Origin: Octopus sinensis | Lineage: Eukaryota | Length of the DNA: 64,000 nucleotides | NCBI RefSeq assembly: GCF_006345805.1 | Contig: NC_043001.1 | Span: 72,354,001 to 72,418,000 of the forward strand | Direction of reading: 5' to 3' | In this document: positions 1-12,390 of the stretch, in pieces | How positions within the stretch are numbered: the stretch's first letter is position 1 | Layout of the letters: every line of letters begins with the position of its first letter | Notes under the pieces: generated by a model | Databases searched by the model: none | Told to the model about the DNA's origin: nothing | Seen by the model: the letters and a program-made list of their open reading frames with translations, nothing else | Program-made: the position numbers and the translations under genes

Positions 1-195
1 CAGCCTCGTCTGGCACGTAAAAAGCACCCACTACACTCATGGAGTGGTTGGCGTTAGGGAGGGCATCCAGCTGTAGAAACATTGCCAGATCAGACTGGGC
101 CTGGTGCAGCCTTCTGGCTTCCCAGACCCGACCCCAGTTGAACTGTCTAACCCATGCCAGCATGGAAAGCGGATGCTAAATGATGATGATGATGA
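1..195 (+). mobile_element. SINE/LINE 3' end with (GAT)n tail (RTE-type tail family), truncated by window start
   Basis: GGAAAGCGGATGCTAAATGATGATGAT end; related copies at about 1560-1700, 3830-3990, 6585-6700 and 7253-7500 (-). Confidence 0.65.
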
Positions 196-210
196 TATAT
201 ATATATATAT

Positions 211-1065
211 ACATATTGGTAAAACGGTAAGATAACAAAAGAAAGAAAGAGACCTCAATATTATGTAAATAGAGGAAATTTATCTATACAATAATATGTT
301 ACATTACTCGATAGTCAAGATAAAACTCTGAGTTTCAGATGCCGAAGTGGAAATCCACAACACCATCTTCGGTTATCTGGCTATTTGAAAACGCTATGAA
401 AAAATACCGTTATATAAAGGGAAATTACTGTGTTATAACTCTGCTTGCCTGCGTACTTATACATCGCTCGCATTTTTCGTCATAAAAATTATATAACAAT
501 ACATAAAAAATATATAAAAAATATATAAAAATATATATCTTCTTGGGACATAACATAGAAAGCATGTTCTATCTGTTTTCTTTAGGGGACCAAAAATGTA
601 ACAGAAATTTAGTCACATGTGGGCATGATCCGAAAAGTTCTGTCCTTGTGTTTAGACATGTAGTAGGGTCTAAGCTGCTTTTCCAGATAAGCCATCTCTC
701 CATGTCACATAGACCGCACCTTCCGCTGCCGTTTGTATAGGGCTTACATCTGGCCAAAATCTTCCAATGTATGTTATAATTGACACCTTTATCTCTTAAA
801 GACCAAATATGATTAGATAATTGTGTCGCTTTTCTTTTGTTCCAGTGCCTAAAGCTCAAAGTGTGGTTATTGAACCTGGCCTTGAAGTTACCCTCTGTAA
901 GGCCCACGTATTTCTTCGTCGAAACGGTGTCTTTAGTGGTTATAGAGTTTACGGTAGCTTCATATATGATAGTCTTGGAGATGGTGTTGTGGATTTCCAC
1001 TTAGGCAGCTGAAACTCAGAGTTTTATCTTGACTATCGAGTAATGTAACATATTATTGTATAGAT
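211..1065 (-). mobile_element. 5'-truncated Penelope-like element (GIY-YIG 3' end + pLTR) with inverted 5' pLTR segment, flanked by (TA)n
   Basis: GIY-YIG ORF remnant at 569-978; 282-367 and 979-1065 form an ~86-bp inverted repeat; homologous to the copy at 37398-38986. Confidence 0.85.
569..978 (-). pseudogene. GIY-YIG endonuclease C-terminal fragment of a Penelope-like element
   Basis: IIYEATV...KYVGLTEGNFKARFNNHTLSF...TQLSNHIW...RCGLC...LNTRTELFGSCPH. The ORF-track N-terminus (MEIHNTIS) comes from the inverted pLTR, not the real protein. Confidence 0.85.
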
Positions 1066-1084
1066 ATATATATACATATCTATC

Positions 1085-1118
<34 letters not shown>

Positions 1119-1155
1119 TATATATATACATACATATACATGTATAAATATATAT

Positions 1156-1195
<40 letters not shown>

Positions 1196-2035
1196 CTCAC
1201 ACACACACACACACACACATATGTATACATGCATGTTTATATATTCATGCCAGGAAGAGCATCCTGTTGTAGAAACCAACCTAAAACTGAATGTTCTAGT
1301 TCTTGAAATTAATTTTTATAATTCTTCCTTTTCTTGATGTACTTCAAACAGCACAAAAGGAAACAAAATCTTCAAAACAATTTGGTTCTTGCTGCTGCTA
1401 AGATTCCTTTAAAATAAGAGATTTATGGCTTCCACATTGGTCAACCTACATCAAGGTTCTCTCTTTCATTTTTAAAAATTTAAATAAGTTTATCAGTGGA
1501 TCAAAGTATGAATACATTTGATGTCTGAGAATCATTTTTGAGAGGCAAGAGAAATATATTTGAAGGGCATCCATTGGTAGAAACTATGCTAAAACCAAGA
1601 TATCGGAGCAAGAAGTTGTTCGTCTGCTCCATTGGATCCTATCTCACTATCCAGCCCATGTCAGCATGGAAACAGATATAATATGATGATAGTGATGATG
1701 TTTAATTCAGACAAATTATCAGGATTGTCATCGCTATTGATCTCCTTATTGTTGTTGTCATCATCATCATTATTGTCATCATCGTTATCATTGTTGTTGT
1801 CATTGTTGTCATCATCATCATCATCATCATCATCATTATCACCATCATGTCACCATCATCATCATCATGTCACCATCATCATCACTATTGTTGTGGTTAC
1901 CCTCTTCCTCCTCTTTATCATTGTCATCTTCATTATCATCGTCATCATCTACTATAATATATTGGAAGACTGATTCCTTCTTTCTCTTCATCTCTTCATC
2001 TTACTTTTCTTTATTTTTTTCTGCTGTATTTTCAG

Positions 2036-2136
2036 GAATGGCAGAAATAAAACCCATTTCAGTCTCTAGAAATGATTCTCAGGGGGTGATCTACTGGCAC
2101 TTCCAAAATTTGGTAACCTCAAATTCTGCAAAACAG
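2036..2136 (+). CDS. Internal coding exon A of a C-type-lectin-like/PAN-domain gene (GMAEIKPISVSRNDSQGVIYWHFQNLVTSNSAKQ)
   Basis: Polypyrimidine tract + TTTCAG acceptor, CAG|GTACGA donor, phase 1 to 0, open frame. Confidence 0.75.
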
Positions 2137-2968
2137 GTACGAAGATATCTTGGCATCTATGTCATAACAACATAAATATGATGAACTCCAACATTTAGTT
2201 CTATCTACATTGATTTAATCTTTGAAATGGCCTTCAAGACAAATATGTCTGAGATATCGTGTATATTTGGAATTGTGTCACTTATGAAGAATATTGGTTA
2301 GCAGCAGTTATGACATACTAAAATATATAAACAGACAAGCAGTAATTAGTAACTCCATGACATCAGTTTAAATACAGTGTGTGGCAGAAAAAGCTCCCAT
2401 ATTTTACAGTAAAGTTATATAGGTGTTATATCACACGTTCCAGTGACCTCTACTCAACTCCCCCTATATCTACTTCATCGTCTGGGGGCGTCCACACAAC
2501 AATAGGTAATAATAGTGTCTTCATATAGCTAATGTTTTATAGTTTTTATTCAGTTACCATAATGGTTTAACCCTTTACAATTCTGTTTATTCCTGTGTCA
2601 AATGTAATGCTTATTGATTTACAATATTTTGAATTAAAGCAGTATTGTGTAGCTTTGCTTTTGAGCAAGTATGATGGGCAAGTGGTTCTATGGTGTAATG
2701 GTTATCACTCTGGACTTTGAATACAATGATCTGAGTTCAAGTTTTGGTAGAACTTATTTTATTTTGTGTAGGCACATGGTTTAGTGGCTAGAGTGTCAGG
2801 ATCACAGTCATGAAGAAGTGAGTTCAATTCCTGGACCGGACAGTGTGTTGTGTTCTTGAGCAAGACACCTTATATCACATTGCTCCAGTTCACCCAGCTG
2901 TAGAAATGGGTTGTGATGTCACTGGTACCAAGCTGTATCAGCCTTTGCTTTTCCATGGATAACATCAG

Positions 2969-3045
2969 TGGCGTCCAATCCCGGTGGCATCCAATCCCAG
3001 TGGCATCCAATCCCAGAGGCATCCAATCCCAGTGGCATCCAATCA
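2969..3045. repeat. 16-bp minisatellite (GGCATCCAATCCCAGT) x ~5
   Basis: Direct tandem copies visible. Confidence 0.9.
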
Positions 3046-4095
3046 TTCATGACCAATGGAGGTCTTTTACTCTTGATTATATAGCTTCATGATTTTGATG
3101 AAGTGATTGTTTATTTTTGAATGACATTGTAGGGTAGGTGTGAGAGGCTGAATCTGGTGAGTTTGAACATAGAACAGAGCAGAACATTTGGGCCTGAGGT
3201 GGGTGGTTTAAATGATAGTGCATACTATATATTTACACTTAAAACATTCATCAGCCTTTAAAATGTGGCAGGTATCTTTGCTGTACCTTGTTTATTGTCA
3301 CATTTAGTTCTATTAATTTGTGTCATCAGACAGGAATGATGGATGCTTCACATATTCCAGATGTATATGACAGTGTCCCAGGAATGTTTCTTTTAAAACT
3401 ACTAATACTCAGGGGTTACTGCTCCCTACAGGAATACTGTGGTTATTAAGAATGTATGGGAGAGTGAGAGAAGGAAAGTGGGTTATATTCACTCCATTCT
3501 CACATACACTCTTGCAAGCTTTACTCATCCACCCACACTCCCTGTTTTTTTGGTTCTATTCACTTTTACTTACTTTGTACCTTCAGGGTCCACCAAACAT
3601 CATCACTATTTTTTATCTTTCCCTGCTCCCAGCTGATCCCTCTCCATTCTCTCTTCTAAAATGTGAGTAGCCACGTGGTCCCTCTACAGCAAGAAATCTG
3701 TTCTGATCTGCCCACTTCTCTCATACTTTACCCCTTTATCTCCTCACATAAAACCACCCAGCCTCAGGGTTCATAGTCTTGCAAGCCACACGGTGGTCTT
3801 AATAGTACTAGTTGCATAAAAAAAGCAGCCAAAACTCATTCTAAAGTGGTTGGCATTAGGAAGGGCATGTGACCAAAGAGACCATGTCAAAAAAAACCAT
3901 GCCAAAATAGACACTGGAGCATAATGCATTCCTCAGATCCATTAGATCCTGTCAAAACATTCAATTTTTACCAGCATGGAGAATGGATGTTAAAAGATAA
4001 TATGGTGATGATGATGACGAGGAGGATGATGACAATGACATTACTGCCTCTGCCACTGCCATCACTGCTGCTGCCAGCGATAAGAGTGGTGATGC

Positions 4096-4136
<41 letters not shown>

Positions 4137-5206
4137 ATAACAATGATGATGATCACGACAGTGAAGATTAGGCTTACTCCTTAATTCCCTGATATCTCAA
4201 TTGAGATTCTCAGCTGCAGTTTCTTACTTGAAGAAATCTGGCAGAGACCAGTATCAGTGAATGAAAACTGAGCCTAGCGCATGACTGGTATTTTATTTTA
4301 TTGACACCAGAAAAAACAAAAAAGGTCCAGCCATCACCTCTGCATGAGTATGGCTTGGTAACACATACCATGCCTTCACTAGAACAAGTATAATTGATCT
4401 TTGATTCTCGTAGCCTTTGAACCAGAATATCCAGGATGTGACAAGTGGCAGGGGTGGGTGGGTGTGAGATGGTTGTGCTAGTACTTGGCTGGTGCTCATT
4501 TTCAGCTGAATAGACTGAAGTAGAATTAAAGGAAGTGCCATAAACAAGGACATAAAGCACTGTCTGGTCTAGAAATTGAACCCATGACATTATGATCATG
4601 AGCCAAACACCCTAACCATTTCTCCATATGCCTTCAGCCACCAGAATGATGAAAGGATTTGAACTCTGAACATAGGCAGTGTGGAACAAAATATCACATG
4701 ATACTGTAATAATTCTACCATTCCACTGCCTTGATATTTAGTCTCCATAAGGCAGAGAGCTGGCAGAATTAGCACACAAGGCAAAATGCATAGTGGTATT
4801 TCATCCATCTTTATATTCTGAGTTCAAAGTCTGCTGAGGTCAACTTGTCTTTCACCCCTCAGGAGTTGATAAAATAAGTACCAGTTGAGTACTGGGGTGA
4901 GGGTCAATGTAATTGACCTACACCCTCCCCCCAAAATTGTGGATAGGAAGCAAACTTCTTACCACACTACCACACCTGTGCCTATATATATATATATACA
5001 TATCTAATGTAGGATAAAAGTTTTTCAAAAAAAAATTTTATCAATGGCCAGCATATTAAAAAATACCTTTAAAGGTTAAATTTATAAATAACTTATAAAA
5101 TAAGGGCCAAAGAAAAATTCTAATGCCCTTATAATGGTTATTGACAATTTGTCTATTTTCGGCATATTTGGCATTAGAATTTTTCTTTTGCCCTTATTTT
5201 ATAAGG

Positions 5207-5239
<33 letters not shown>

Positions 5240-5359
5240 GTGTGTGTGTATGCCTAAGAATCCATAAGTTAGGTAAAAATGCACTTGTATATCTTTCAGT
5301 AGAGTGGGTATATTAATTGAAATGTACAGTATTATATGTCAATTACAGCCAATCTTACT

Positions 5360-5555
5360 AATCGTTTTCACCCTAGGGGTTCAGTGGAGTGTTAGGTAAC
5401 AGTCCAATTATGTAACCCTGTGCTCTTCAGAGAAGGGAATTATGGAATGAAATATGGTATTTCATTCCATAACTGCCATCTCTGAAAAGTGCAGGGTTAC
5501 ACAATCTGATTATTATCTAACATTCTATTGAATCCCTAGTGCAAAACCAATTGGT
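5360..5555. mobile_element. Fold-back MITE-like palindrome in intron
   Basis: TATGGAATGAAATA/TATTTCATTCCATA core with 3-nt loop; TGTAACCCTG/CAGGGTTACA and degenerate outer arms. Confidence 0.6.
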
Positions 5556-5604
5556 ATGATCAGCCATAATAGATATATAATACTGTACACTTCAAATTAA
5601 TATA

Positions 5605-5751
<147 letters not shown>

Positions 5752-6257
5752 TAATCCAAACAAGAAAACAAAAAAAAAAACAATGCAAGGACGTGGAACA
5801 AATAAAGTATTACTGGACGCTTAGGAGAGAAGGGAATGTAGGTAGGTAGACAGATAGGCAGATAGATAGGCAGACAGATAGGCAAACAGACAGACAGACA
5901 GACAGACACATACACACACACACAACAGAAACAAATAGACACTCTTATAATTGTTAAATTTATCTAAATCTGAAATTATACATTCAAATTATTTATTAAT
6001 TATTATGATGTGAATATTTAATATTTAGTAGACATGCCCTTTGCATTTTCCAATGCAAGGACTATTAGGCATGCTACTGATCAGATGATGAATTGTTCAA
6101 CCCCCTGCTTTTGTTTTAATAAATCACAGAAAGAAGAGTGCATGCATGTGTGTATGCGTGTTTTATGTTTGTTGATGAATTCTTCAGTATGAATTCATGT
6201 AATCTTTTTAAGGAAATTTATAATCCAGCAAGATCTCAAATTCTGCTGCTTTTACAG

Positions 6258-6330
6258 ATTTGTCAGGAATATGGAATGACACTGTTCAGTATAAAGCGCC
6301 ACAATTTCAGTATCATGGAACTTTTAATAG
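6258..6330 (+). CDS. Coding exon B (ICQEYGMTLFSIKRHNFSIMELLI)
   Basis: TTTTACAG acceptor, AG|GTATGT donor, phase 0 to 1; joined to exon A it gives AKQICQEYGMTLFSI, resembling the CTLD A..C...G..L.SI motif. Confidence 0.75.
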
Positions 6331-7612
6331 GTATGTAGCAAATATTTTATTCACTATTCTTCCTCAGTCATTGTTGTTATCATTGCCACTGTTGTCATTC
6401 TTTGGGCACAGGTCAGATCTGATCAAGCAAACCCATGATCAAAGATTTTTCATGTGTATCACAGTATATCCAGGACTACATTCATCAGTTTTACATTCCT
6501 TAATTTTTAAGACAGTATAGTATGTTTTGAGGGAGATTTGGCTGCTATTTTCAGAAGAATGACTTACTATTTAGAGGCTTGGCATTATAAAGGGCATCCA
6601 GTTGTAGAAACCATGCAAGTACAGACATTGTACTTTGATATAGCTCCACAACTCATTGGATCCTATCAAACCATTTACCTCATGATAGCATGGAAAACAC
6701 ATATATATGCAACAGAGACCGTATTAATACTGGGAAGTAATATTTATCCCCACTTAAACATGGATGTTCTGTTAGAACAAACTATACTGCAGCAGTTATT
6801 ATGAGAGAAAATCTCATATTGGTTATTTGGTGCCAACTGCATTGTTCTTTATATTGCTAGTGGGGAATATGCAAAATTAGTTTATTATTAAGAAACAGGA
6901 AAAAAGAGAATTAAAAAATGGAAAAAGAAGTGTGTGTGTTTGGGGGAAGCATCAGAAAATGGAGTGGGGGGGTATGATGGGCCATATGCCCCAGAACACA
7001 TGGCGTGCTCATCCATGCCCTGCAGTAATGACTGTGATGGCATTGCAATAGAGAGAGGCCAGTGACACTCATTGTAGCAGCCATTCTACCCTGCAGGGTT
7101 CATTTCTGCAATGGGCTGTTGTTATCCCTATTTTGTGGAGGAAATCAGTAATATGGAGTCTTAGAACAACTGACATTTTGACAGTGACTGGCACAAACTG
7201 ATGCCATGTCTGAAGAAGCATCACTGTTGCTAAAGTCTAGAAATATGGTAGAATCATCATTTAATGTCCACCTTTCATGCTGGCATAGGTTGGACAAGAG
7301 TTGATCAGGCAGGAACCTGCACCAGACTTCTGTGTCTGTTTTGGCAGGGTTTTTTCGGCTGGATACCCTTCCTAGCACCAACCATCCTGCACAGTAGACT
7401 GAGTGCTTTTTACATGACACAAGAACAGGCGAGGTCGATTTTGGCATGGTTTTTACAGCTGGATGCCCTTCTAAATGCCAACCACTTTACAGTGTGGACT
7501 GAAAAAAAGGGAAACAGTTAGACTTTTACAATTGTTAAAATCTTTACTGTTTGACAGATACAACTTGATATATAAAGATATAAATATTTGTTTTCTCAAT
7601 GATTTCTTGCAG

Positions 7613-7699
7613 ACAAAGTTCGGAAATTTATAGAAGGCAGCAAAGGACAAATAATGTTGGAGGCTTTTGTTTGTCAGCGACATTTGGAACATGGAAATG
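7613..7699 (+). CDS. Coding exon C (DKVRKFIEGSKGQIMLEAFVCQRHLEHGN)
   Basis: TTTCTTGCAG acceptor, G|GTAAGT donor, 87 nt, phase 1 to 1; AFVCQ resembles the CTLD terminal F.C motif. Confidence 0.75.
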
Positions 7700-7973
7700 G
7701 TAAGTAACATATAACAATGGTTAATCTTTGTTTATCAGACACTGGGAATATGGAAATAGTGAAACTTAATATTAGTTAATCTTTGTTTGTCAAAGACAAA
7801 CAAATATGAGAATATTTGGAATATGGAAGTGGCACCAAACAACAAAAGTAGCATACTACAATAGAATACTACCTGATGCCATAATGATATTAAAGGGATA
7901 TTTTACAGTATCAGAAGAAAAATAAACATCACCACCAGCAGCATTACTAGTTATAGCAGCAGTACTACTAGCT

Positions 7974-8009
<36 letters not shown>

Positions 8010-8273
8010 CCACCACCACCACCACCACCACCACCAGCAGCATTAACACCTGCACCAGAAGCAGCAGCAGCAGCACCACCACCACTACTTCCACCAGCAC
8101 CTGCACCACTACCATTCCCACAACTGCTGCCCTCACCACTACCACAACCACCATTGCTACTATCTCACCACTAGCACCCCCCCATCACTGCCACTGCCAA
8201 CGTCACTACCAGCAACACTATCTTGTTTGTAAGTATCCGAGTGAAGTCAATACTTTTGTCCCTATCTTTACAG

Positions 8274-8488
8274 ATTACTTTCATCGTACTGAAGAGATTG
8301 AAGTCTGCGCTAAAGCATTGCAGAGTGTTAAAGGAAACCATTTTCAGTGTGCATTCTATTGCAGCATCACTAAAAATTGTGCACTTTATTGTTTATCCTC
8401 CCATGTGTGTTTTCTGTATTCTAAATGTACTGGAACCTGCCCTATGATGGCATGTCTGAAGAAGCATCACTGTTTCGCTAAAGTCTAG
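8274..8488 (+). CDS. Terminal coding exon D, PAN/Apple-like Cys-rich domain (..FQCAFYCSITKNCALYCLSSHVCFLYSKC..CFAKV*)
   Basis: TCTTTACAG acceptor, phase 1, 71 codons ending in TAG at 8486-8488; C-x3-C-x5-C...C.L.S pattern; AATAAA near 8650. Confidence 0.7.
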
Positions 8489-9189
8489 AAAAATCCCAAA
8501 TGAGTTAAAACCATTTCCTTCACGATTCATTTGCATCTCAACAAGAGATAAAACCAATTCTGTCAAGTTTCATCTGTAGGAACCGATTTAACCAGATTAG
8601 CTGGTTATATTAACAGTAATATAAACATTTGAGGACCCAATACGTATAATAAATTTTACTCCGATGCTTTTATCAGTGTTTGTTGTTATTATAACTTTAT
8701 ATAAAGGTAGGGAGCTGACAAAATCTTTAGGGCATTAGAAAATGCTTCATGCCTTTTATTCTGGTTCCTAACATTCACAGTTTGAATCCTGCTGAGGTCA
8801 ACTTTGTCTTTCATCTCTCTTGGGTTGATAAAATAAATGTACCTGCCAAGTACTGGGGTCAGTAGTATCAACTAATCCCCTACCCTCAAAATTGCTGGCA
8901 TTGTGTCCAAATTAGAAACTGTAGGGATTGAAACCCAAGCATGAAATTACTAGTTCACTGTGATGAATGAACCAAACCGTGTTCACATGTCCAATCTTAA
9001 AAATCATTCATTCAGCTTGAAGCCATGTTGAAAACATCATCTTGAATGTTTTTGAGGAATTCCGGTTACCTCCTAAACTTCTTTGAATTTTCAATTTAAT
9101 GTAATCCACACTCTCTCAAAAACATATTACTATGAAATGTTATCTAAAATTATGGGTAAAGAAAGAAATAGCAAAAAATATTTGAAAAT

Positions 9190-9740
9190 GGGGGTGGGAG
9201 TGAAATTTCCGAGGGTTCCACCCCACCTCGTTCCTGGACCCAAAAAAGGGTTTTGTAGCATATTAGGAAGCCACCGAAATTCAGTCAACAAAAAACAAAA
9301 ATTCCAATGATTCCAGAATGTGTGTGGGTCCAGTTTCCCACCCACTCCTTTTTTCCGAACAAAAATAAGGGGTTTGCAGTATATTATGAAGTCAGGGTAT
9401 CGTTTCCATGCAAAAAATCTGAGTTTTTTTTTCTTAGTGAAAAGATCAATGGGAGTGGGGTGGGGTGAAATTCCACCTCACCCCACCCCATTTTCCGGAC
9501 CCTTAAATGGGTTTTGTAGCATATTAGGAGGTCACCAGAATGCAGTCAACGGAAAAAAAAAATTCCAATGATTCCGGGATATTGAGGGCGGGGGGGGGGG
9601 GAGAGTCCGGCTCCCCCCTTTTTCCGAACAAAAATGAGTTTGAAGCATATTAGGTTAGGGTACTTGATTCCACGCAAAAAATCCGACTTTTGTTTTTGTC
9701 AGTGAAAATCGTACGGGTGAAAGGATCAAAATTTACCCAT
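9190..9740. repeat. Two diverged ~260-bp tandem units with G/C-run hairpins; related segment at about 13930-14015
   Basis: Repeated GGGTTTTGTAGCATATTAGGA...CAGTCAAC...TTCCAATGATTCC...TTTTCCGAACAAAAAT. Confidence 0.6.
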
Positions 9741-10593
9741 TTATTATTTTTTTTGTGGGGGTGGTCTAAATAACATTCAACATATACCTTTTACTTGTTT
9801 CAGTCTATGGACTGCTGCCAAGCTGGGGATACCGCTTTGAAGGGTGTAGTCGAACAAACTGACTCAAGTAGTAATTTTTTTAAAGTTTGACGCTTATTCT
9901 ATGGATATCTTTTGTTGAACCCTTAACTTATTGCGATGTAAACAAACTAATACCGATTGTCAAATGGTGATTGGAGGCAAACACAAATACACATTCATAG
10001 ATATATATATACATACATGGTTAACGTGTCGTTTAGTCATAATAAAGTGAAAGTAAATTGTACGGAAAAAAATTGCGATACACTGCAAAAGTAACGGCAA
10101 TGGCATATCTGATAGTGGGGTGGTGGGCTTCAAGTGCAGGGGTTTCATCTACTTCTATACTCATGAAGTTGTTAACCATTCACTCAATTTCGTTGATCCA
10201 AACTACGACAGCATCCATACACAGACTGTAGATGGGGGCGATGGTTGCTCACCATGAAAGAACTAAGGCGGAATGTGAGACTAGTGATGATTTATTTACT
10301 ATCATCATCAACATGTGTGACGATACGAATTTAGAAATCGGGAAAAAACATTTACGAATCTCATTTCATGCATCAATAACTATTGTGTTTTTCCATAAAT
10401 GTAAATGTTTTCATCTTATAAAAAATATATGTACGGTTTTCATGTTATATGAAATATATATATGCAAGTCCTAGATATTCGTTATGTCAGTGGTGACTTG
10501 GGGACAACATTTTGTCCCAGAATTTAATACTAAATTAGAGGTGCGACTTATATACGAGTAAATACGAATATATATATATATATATATATATAT

Positions 10594-11158
10594 ACTAGAC
10601 GAGCAAAACGCCCCCCCCGTCCGATGAACGGTGCTGAATCATATCTGCTGAATAAAAAGCAATCAGTGTTTTCTTTTCATTAAAAAATAATTATGCATGC
10701 CTTTGTTTCAATAAAACTTTTGGTTTTGTTAAACGAAGTTAATGCAAAAAAAAAAAAACTTCTTGAGAAACCAATTAGTCTTTCCTTCCTTCATGCCAAG
10801 TTTGAAGAAAATATCTTTTTGCATCTTACTTTTTTGGTCTCTTAAATATACTGCATTTTGTGGCATTGTTTCAAGCCAGCCGGCTTTTTTTTGCGCAAAC
10901 TACACGTGCATTTTTCTCGTGTACGCGTAGTATCGATTGCAACAGCTGATGTACTTGCGCGTACAAATGCACGTTCCCACGGCTTTATCGATCGCATTCT
11001 CACCCGGAATCGATTTTTGTATTTTTTAAAGACTTATACACGCCCTGATACCGTCGGTATCTACATATCAAATTTGAGCGCAATCGAATGGAGGATGCCC
11101 GAGATCCTAGAAGACACACACGCACACACACAGACAGAACGGATTTTATATAATAGAC
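10594..11158 (+). mobile_element. Putative non-autonomous rolling-circle (Helitron-like) element
   Basis: Starts ACTAG..CCCGTC after (TA)n; ends AAATTTGAGCGCAATCG...CACAGACAGAACGGATTTTATATAATAGA. Layout resemblance only. Confidence 0.45.
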
Positions 11159-11214
11159 TACCCGTAACCCATTGAGTCACCGGGAAAGTCCAAGTTTTGG
11201 TTCGCGCCTTTTTC

Positions 11215-11465
11215 TTTTTGCGCGCGCGACAATTTCTACAGCTTATCCGAATGAAAAGAGGAAGTACACAGAAATATAGAAATATTTTACGTACCTATCG
11301 TATACGTTGGATTAATCTCGACAAAACACAAGTTTAGTCACTTCTATCAGAATCGTTTACCTTTAAAGCGAAAAAACAAAACCGACGTATACGACAGGTA
11401 TGTAAAATATATTTCTGTGTACTTTCTCTGTTCATTCAGATATGCTGTAGAAATTATTGCGCGTG
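11215..11465. mobile_element. MITE with long TIRs
   Basis: GCGCGACAATTTCTACAGC...AAGTACACAGAAATATA...GTATACGTTGG mirrored by CCGACGTATAC...TATTTCTGTGTACTT...GCTGTAGAAATTATTGCGC. Confidence 0.6.
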
Positions 11466-12390
11466 CACACACACAAACACAAAAATTCTCCAGACATTTA
11501 GCTGTTATTTTTAGCATATCGAGTTCCGTGATCCTTTTGCTACGCATATCAGACAAAACAGCCACTCATTTTCACTTTTAGATAACGGGATGGGGTGGCG
11601 AGGGGTGTGTGGATCAATTTTGGAGGTTTTCATAAAAAATTTGAAATTAAAATTTGTGCCCCCCGCCATATTCTTAATCTCTGTATTTTCCAGGTATATT
11701 GAAAAAACAATTCGAAAAAAGTAAAAGATTTGGGGGTGAGGGAAGAGGAAATAAAAAATTTGAAAACGTGGCTTTTTGCATATTCGGAATCTCCGTCATC
11801 GAAAAGAGGCATATCTTAGGAATCTGGTGAAAAAAAAATCGGAAAGGTGGGAGTGGGGCTGACTGTGCGCCAGGTCCACCTACACACACATACATATATA
11901 TATATATGTATATATATATATACACACACACGCACATAATATAATACACACACACACACACACACACACATAAAACTAATAAATACACTTAAAGACACCA
12001 ACTCACGTAAAAGGAAACACTCTCAACTCTTCCACACACACAAAATAGAAAAACTAATGTAACAGAATTATATTGCAAATATATTTAATCTACCGTGTAA
12101 ATTTGTTTTAGCACCAACACATAATCCAAATATATAATACATACAAAACAATCCAATGATATAATACATATTATAATGGTATGTATTAGCACAAACGCAT
12201 AAAATTTAAATAATTTGGATAGCAAGTCCAATTAACAAATGTATTGTGGTTCAGTTTCCAATTAACGAAATATTTTGTTGAGTGGGTCCAATAATCAAAT
12301 ATTATTAATATATGATATATATTATTGTTAAGTGTTCCGACTCGTGAAATACTTCAACATTAGAAGCATCAGTAATGCGGACTATTGTGG

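Noticed and set aside
2969-3045. Short regular repeats (also the 41-bp duplication at about 43495-43575) as a CRISPR-like array
   Set aside because: Direct tandem copies with no unique spacers, in a eukaryotic context
8450-8490. CTGAAGA-AGC..GCT-AAAGTC as a hammerhead
   Set aside because: Lacks GAAA and stem I; lies in a coding frame
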